From a virus, in IMG/VR virus record IMGVR_UViG_3300022934_002729, positions 4,870 through 68,869 of that record: a DNA stretch of 64,000 nucleotides; one strand, given 5' to 3'. This document shows, one piece after another, positions 60,501-64,000 of the stretch. The notes under the pieces were generated by a model. It ran no database searches, was not told where the DNA came from, and worked only from the letters and a program-made list of their open reading frames with translations. Position 1 is the stretch's first letter; every line of letters starts with the position of its first letter. The position numbers were made by a program, and so were the translations under genes.

Positions 60501-63500
60501 CATCATATATTTCATATTTGTTTGTACTAGGAATACAAATAAATGTATCGCCAGTATTTGCTGTTTGGCTCCACACTACAAATTCTTCTGCAGTTGATTG
60601 CCAGTTAGTAACCCATCCTTGTGATTTTAAATATTCACCGTGTCCTAGTATAAAACTATATGTATCTTGTAAATTAGAAATACTATCGCCATACAACAGT
60701 TTACTTGGAATAGTTGTGTATGATCCATATCTTTCAAGTGCAATATCGCCGAAGTTTGAAATAATTTTTTTACTACTTTTTATTGGCTCAAAATACCATG
60801 CACTCATATTGTTTCGGTCAATGCCTACTACACTAAAACCTACTGCTAATTTAGTAAGTTGCAATCCGCCCATAAATGTTTCGTGATTAGGTTGATTTAA
60901 GTATAGTAGTGTTTGTAAATTTTCCTCTGGAATAGTTACACGGCCTTTTCCTTGACTACTTTCTAAAATAAATGATTGCTTGTTTGGATTAATAAATCCG
61001 CCTGCTTTGACAATAGGCTGTATACTTGCATTTTTAAATCTATCTTCTATTGTTGTAGCAGAAGTGTTATTATAATGTGCAAAGTCAATTACTGCATTAC
61101 TTAATCCAATGAAATATTTTTTAACGTTTTTAATTAAAAATGATTCAGCAACAATATTACCAGAACTAAACACTAGTCCTGGTTTACTTTGATATTCTTT
61201 ACCAGGATTAGTAACACTTACTGCAACTACTTTGTTATCTTCAACAATTGCCGTTGCTGTAGCATCAGTTCCGAAGTTTCCAAAAATATTAATACTAGGT
61301 GTAACTGTAACATCTGAACTAGATTTAACATCAATTTTTTCAACAATACTGTCACTATAATATGTATTAGACAAGTTAGTATTTCTAAAGTTGCCTAATT
61401 GTTTTACATTTGCATCAACGATAATATCATCAGGAATATTAACATTTCTGATAACCTGTCTATTGGTACTATCAAAAAATGTGTTTGTAATCCAAAGAGG
61501 ACGCAAACGTAATAATGCTAGTATTTGTAAAAACTTAAACTCGCTGGTTTTAACCCATTCAAACTCGAGACTCGACATATCTCCAAATACAAAATTTGCA
61601 GCACGTTCTGCTAATCCAGGTGCTGTAACTACACCAGCAGTAACAGGATCATTTAGTACATTTGCAGTTGTAACAAGTATTTGATTATCCCAGTCGTATC
61701 CGGTATATGCATATGTAAGATTATATTTAGGTGTCTCGGCAGGATCATTGAAATGTCCTGTTTTTAATGCTGTTATTAGTGCATTTCTTTTTACTGTAAA
61801 TGTCCAACTATAATTTGCATCCCACCAAGTTGGTTTAATACTATATCCTAACATTTCCCAAGGATGTGTATGAGGACGATCAGTATTAAAATAATATCTA
61901 TACAATCCTCTCCAGCCGCCGATACCTGGACCTACACTACTATAATTCCAGGTAAATTTGTTAGCAAGATTATAATACTCAGGATCTGTTATTGATGTTA
62001 ATCCGCTAGTGATAACAAAACGTTTAAAGTCTGGCTCAAGTGCTGCAATAAAATCATCCCATGTATAACTTGTTGGACGATTTGCACTTGGCATGATTTC
62101 TTTATAGTCAACTATATTATGTAGTTTTGTATTTAAATTATTGTAAATTCTTAACTCTAAATCGTATAAAGCAGCGTCAGCAATACTAAATCCTACAGTA
62201 GATCTATCAGTAATATTGTTTCCTTGTCTTGTAGTAATACTACCATCGTGTCCAACAAGCACACTTCTGCTTGAAATATTATCGCTTTCAACATCAAAGT
62301 TTTCAAACCCAGGTACAGTTGGTTTAATTAATCCTAACTTAACTGCACTCGGGGGAACAAAACTTTCACTATTAACTGCATACCAACGAACATGTAGTGC
62401 TGCACTATTGTTTGACGTTTTATACGTAATTGATTTATTAACAGTAATTTTGTTTGCAGTTAGTGTATAGTCAACGTCTTTAACTAAACTGTGCCATCCA
62501 TCGTTATCTTCGACCCATGCTTGAACATGATTAATTACATCGTTATATGTGTTAATGACACTTGGTAATTTAAAAGTAGTAGGTTCACCTGATTGCCACG
62601 CATAATCTGCACTTTCAAAGTTTTTAAACATTACCATATTGCTATTAGCATATGCGCTGTCAGATCCTTTTCCTAGATTAACATCAGATAATGCACGATC
62701 AACTATTTCGTGTACTGGTGTTTCAATAGGTAAATCTTTGTGTAGTTGTTCTACTTTTCTTAAAAACTGTTCTTTAAATTTTTTATAGTTTGCTGCAGCA
62801 TATCTAATACTATTATAAATGTTAGTATCAACGTCAGATGATAGTTGAGTTAATAGTGCAGTACTATATGGTTGCTTTCTTATGGTGCCTCCAAAGTCGT
62901 GTGCACGAGGTAGTTGTGCATAATTATTATGACCAAAATAGTCGCCATTGAACCCAGGAATATTAGTTACTTGTGAACGTAAATGATCTTGTAAGTCACC
63001 AAAACTTACTTCAGTTGCCCAATCATTAAATGGATTATACAAGTGTGTATCTGCAGGTTCAAAGTTTCCTGCTGCTCTACGATTTAGTTCACTGTCACTC
63101 CACCAATAAACATCAACTACATCATCTTTAATAAAATCGTGTGTTATAGTAAGTTTTGTATCAGCAAGTGTATAAAATACTGTTTCTTTTCCGTTGATAT
63201 AAACTTTTAAATTTAAATGATTTGTGTTTGTATCAACATAAATTAAACCAGTATTAGATGTATTTCCTACTTCACGATAACGTATAACACTATCTGTATA
63301 ACCAGCGTCTACTGTTAAAGTGATATTATAATTGTCTACTGCAGTTATTGTTACATCTACAAGTGCATTACCATCAAAGTCTGTAAATTCAATATCAGAA
63401 ATATCAAATAATGTTTGTATATGATATTCTCTGCCTTTACTAACAAACATGTCTGGATTGTTATTAGAAACTTTATGTATTTTAGTACTTGCATTTTCGG

Positions 63501-63999
63501 TAGAACAAGTACTAAAATAATATAAACTATTTTTTTGATTAATAATAAACTTGTTGTCTGTGTGTAGATCTGTTGTACCTAAATCAACTACAATAGGTGT
63601 TGTGCTATCAATTACATTATATGTTGCATGACGCTTTACCGGTTGTCCTGTTCTTAGTAATTTCCAGCCATTATAATGTTTACCAGTATCTAGCATTTTA
63701 TAAAAATAGTAACCTAGAATTTCTTGTGTATTACCTGTATCAAATGTTTGATGATATGTACTATTTTCTCGAATCTCATTATAATGATAACGTTTTGCAC
63801 CTAGTTCTAAATCAAAACTTAATCCTGGTGTATTGCCATAGTCGACATAACGTGGTGAGAACCCTAAACTTTCATCAATACGTCCAGAACTTTTTCCATA
63901 ATCAAAAATTCTATCGCCTTTGAATGTACTGTTTGGATAAACTGTTGTATCTTGTAGTTCTACTAAATCTGTATCATATAACTGGAACAATGCACCTTG
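54502..63999 (-). CDS. Giant virion structural protein (baseplate wedge/tail-like), 5' truncated by window
   Basis: >3,160 aa open frame running to the window edge; Thr/Asn/Ser-rich beta repeats, V.VTNPG.EY motif, GFD repeats; sits upstream of tail genes. Confidence 0.75.
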   Translation of the reverse strand, partial: QGALFQLYDTDLVELQDTTVYPNSTFKGDRIFDYGKSSGRIDESLGFSPRYVDYGNTPGLSFDLELGAKRYHYNEIRENSTYHQTFDTGNTQEILGYYFYKMLDTGKHYNGWKLLRTGQPVKRHATYNVIDSTTPIVVDLGTTDLHTDNKFIINQKNSLYYFSTCSTENASTKIHKVSNNNPDMFVSKGREYHIQTLFDISDIEFTDFDGNALVDVTITAVDNYNITLTVDAGYTDSVIRYREVGNTSNTGLIYVDTNTNHLNLKVYINGKETVFYTLADTKLTITHDFIKDDVVDVYWWSDSELNRRAAGNFEPADTHLYNPFNDWATEVSFGDLQDHLRSQVTNIPGFNGDYFGHNNYAQLPRAHDFGGTIRKQPYSTALLTQLSSDVDTNIYNSIRYAAANYKKFKEQFLRKVEQLHKDLPIETPVHEIVDRALSDVNLGKGSDSAYANSNMVMFKNFESADYAWQSGEPTTFKLPSVINTYNDVINHVQAWVEDNDGWHSLVKDVDYTLTANKITVNKSITYKTSNNSAALHVRWYAVNSESFVPPSAVKLGLIKPTVPGFENFDVESDNISSRSVLVGHDGSITTRQGNNITDRSTVGFSIADAALYDLELRIYNNLNTKLHNIVDYKEIMPSANRPTSYTWDDFIAALEPDFKRFVITSGLTSITDPEYYNLANKFTWNYSSVGPGIGGWRGLYRYYFNTDRPHTHPWEMLGYSIKPTWWDANYSWTFTVKRNALITALKTGHFNDPAETPKYNLTYAYTGYDWDNQILVTTANVLNDPVTAGVVTAPGLAERAANFVFGDMSSLEFEWVKTSEFKFLQILALLRLRPLWITNTFFDSTNRQVIRNVNIPDDIIVDANVKQLGNFRNTNLSNTYYSDSIVEKIDVKSSSDVTVTPSINIFGNFGTDATATAIVEDNKVVAVSVTNPGKEYQSKPGLVFSSGNIVAESFLIKNVKKYFIGLSNAVIDFAHYNNTSATTIEDRFKNASIQPIVKAGGFINPNKQSFILESSQGKGRVTIPEENLQTLLYLNQPNHETFMGGLQLTKLAVGFSVVGIDRNNMSAWYFEPIKSSKKIISNFGDIALERYGSYTTIPSKLLYGDSISNLQDTYSFILGHGEYLKSQGWVTNWQSTAEEFVVWSQTANTGDTFICIPSTNKYEIYDGSRGYYDTVINRYDGIYNLIDHNGDEISPDKIIVSRPVNSTETSITTVETKENDTHILGLRLYRVELEHAIILENETDFDDIIYRPEIGQRHKRIIWRGSRTKEWNGKLYSPGYLVTDNTIIDNFDTTANASLDYFTTSSATVNNEQSVNAARFNIGYNKPDWSNYLTLNDDSIFNFTKGSRKYRGTKYGLNAFMRNTSILGGVSDANLYELWAIRTADFGDIRSRDTVEFTINDEALSTSPQVVKFHNDDHDDISIDDVINIDPTSPLLVTGSTENVFRTRPSKKYNVLTLTELTQFNNDFVTAGLPLLTETDFRVINKEDFEAFPVKNKESYDFSGTYEEIDAWSNRVSYKTNDLVIHEGYVWRMVDPDGSSGLQRPNEPIEVIGRVSTPSVPSDGQTLVIDNVVVTIKRTSESTKLETIEITGSENLNVQGVPNGSTLTIGQNSSINQTLTFENEVINLVWQPATKTGNVTNFSVEGNTDGSKELIIDGVSIVFDDAAPITTNVNIEDGYQAAFSSTFTTNQSTINSLVSTKISTFESFRTSVIDNQGITGWNQVLVDYFDTVSGIDINYLESIRNTFAVGSESELDALIVTDLAIINAIAGTSHTDHTLVPILDINTAKSALDTAPYITNIRNFAVNNSTSAFIASEIIATETTNGNKIYSDVEVVQKINDANIPNVTASLTAAGNLFISKDVPNATTQFSLVISSATANTEVGFATTNETIRSSGVNVLSTPDLTTVEVVEQINAAGIPNVSAIALSSGQVRILSNAASLFIGAGSANSFIGLNTGITPAQVTTITVDRTSDLTDTISSINNANIPGITASNSNNRLRLVSTNETMEIGSNGTANVTLGITAQLYVASPGTVSNVFETERYDDLGNSYTIFEKTEFDPHVFSIWTADNSEKSNINAGYNVYQAMHFSMFITKACAGIEEADEAQITIDLRDYSDEHQPFHNLQVGDYVLIAGSNTVPSIDGVRKVTRIDTENPNMFYIDEYIQEEGSAGNVYPIRSVRFSSYADLIANFNSYVTNPLSTDAPVVFKYNFGGKRHNGDPLYAFIDDDNGAPAVYRYTGKFRLTSGNYDGNWVKVRTAPNQSRSDLVENVKVYDANKRTLISVLEIYDPAKGIIPGFIDSEIDLKSTADNAIYNYTTYNGYEENEDAWTDRFIGTRWWDLSTSIYLDYEQGTEKYQQQQWGRLFPGSEIEIYEWTRSSVLPEEYEEFAATGGSLDGTIATGQPYSKVIDGETRYFWSEYSYFNPATKTSQTNYYFWVKNKESSSGIRNYNVNQLANMLTNFKDLGISWAASSLDSNLLLANIDKIITDDTVIQINQIYESNSLPLNEWTLLAENDPHTVIPEYLHIKIRDSLAGYNNYHDLYTYTEWNAASVYNRESVVTKDDKFYICLDDNVNVTDPVTDTNELHWARVYNYNLPPETESTDIEIWRGQPVPDLRLHEYNRYGHLTRPAQSLYRDITNARQNFVDATNEYLEDICVISEILNWDSVFYTTYVEGEVEYKLEHYWNFVDWSYKKYNNDGMLIYKHDTSVQPDYTFDNITSIIPVLPDVNAAADIPDGSYIYIKNSLHEDGINRPEMWYKENGTYSLRWKKNGTIALSDELWLESKFGHGFDAAGFDISGFDSGVSNIINLLMDLLRSKVFVGQYKEFYNKLWFRCLYQAIIENTADDFAFKTTYVKLAVDHPLIRDPKTYQNYGTTAIEKYFHDIKPFHTKLHTLEQRPSTVDNMTIQVEDEYQSEITIQMNDYTRQWNGDVILLGGTFTSSEAEDSYVDNGYTDDEYFRNDAFSYEFTTPEEDIATLYSGNVFIQPEYERIGEELVGLDLLENVRIMVQTNASGSTEDTDTRSFQINMFTNYNIQESIVIVDANKTTLSNDIRHNDTIIPLADVTVLADNTGVVWIGSERIEYGARDANNLLYCKRGTLGTSALDHLTGTTVIDAGDSVKLPIRDKFGHYGNELRLAYNESGRSLAASGTASDHAFIRDAGEGTI

Positions 64000-64000
64000 A

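Noticed and set aside
1727-63923. Many 60-150 aa opposite-strand or alternate-frame ORFs (e.g. 26707..27129, 52315..52737, 57935..58396)
   Set aside because: They are contained within longer motif-bearing genes and look like antisense shadows with no motifs or start signals.
1-64000. CRISPR array, tRNA/rRNA, transposase/integrase, intron or intein
   Set aside because: Intergenic gaps are under about 70 bp once small ORFs are counted, and no spaced direct repeats or such motifs were seen by eye; covariance-model searches were not run.
1-64000. Alternative genetic code (stop-codon reassignment) as in some large phages
   Set aside because: Standard code 11 gives full-length, abutting genes with near-complete coding density.

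Overview
AT-rich, gene-dense fragment that reads as part of a large tailed phage (myovirus-like) genome. The left end holds the 3' part of thymidylate synthase (thyA). The right end (about 51.3-64 kb) holds tail/baseplate structural genes, including a >3,160 aa partial giant protein. Between them lies an uninterrupted ~51 kb enzyme cluster with 18 radical SAM genes (CxxxCxxC in each, four recognisable subfamilies) and about 8 non-heme iron/2OG-type oxygenases. It also carries 2 QueC-like ATPases, a CmcH/NodU carbamoyltransferase, several glycosyltransferase-like proteins, a sugar nucleotidyltransferase, 3 SGNH-like proteins, 3 methyltransferase domains, 2 SDRs, a sulfotransferase-like, a GNAT-like, a PLP enzyme, a nitroreductase, a kinase-like protein and a membrane desaturase. 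A T4-late-like ATAAATA motif recurs in the few intergenic gaps, often exactly 5 nt before an ATG (probable leaderless mRNAs), and two sigma70-like promoters are present. The best candidate for a new system is this phage-encoded radical-SAM/oxygenase/glycosyl tailoring supercluster attached to the tail module. Its substrate (virion protein or glycan, DNA, host surface, or a small molecule) cannot be determined from sequence. All family calls come from motif reading only, with no database searches. No tRNA, rRNA, CRISPR array or transposase was recognised.
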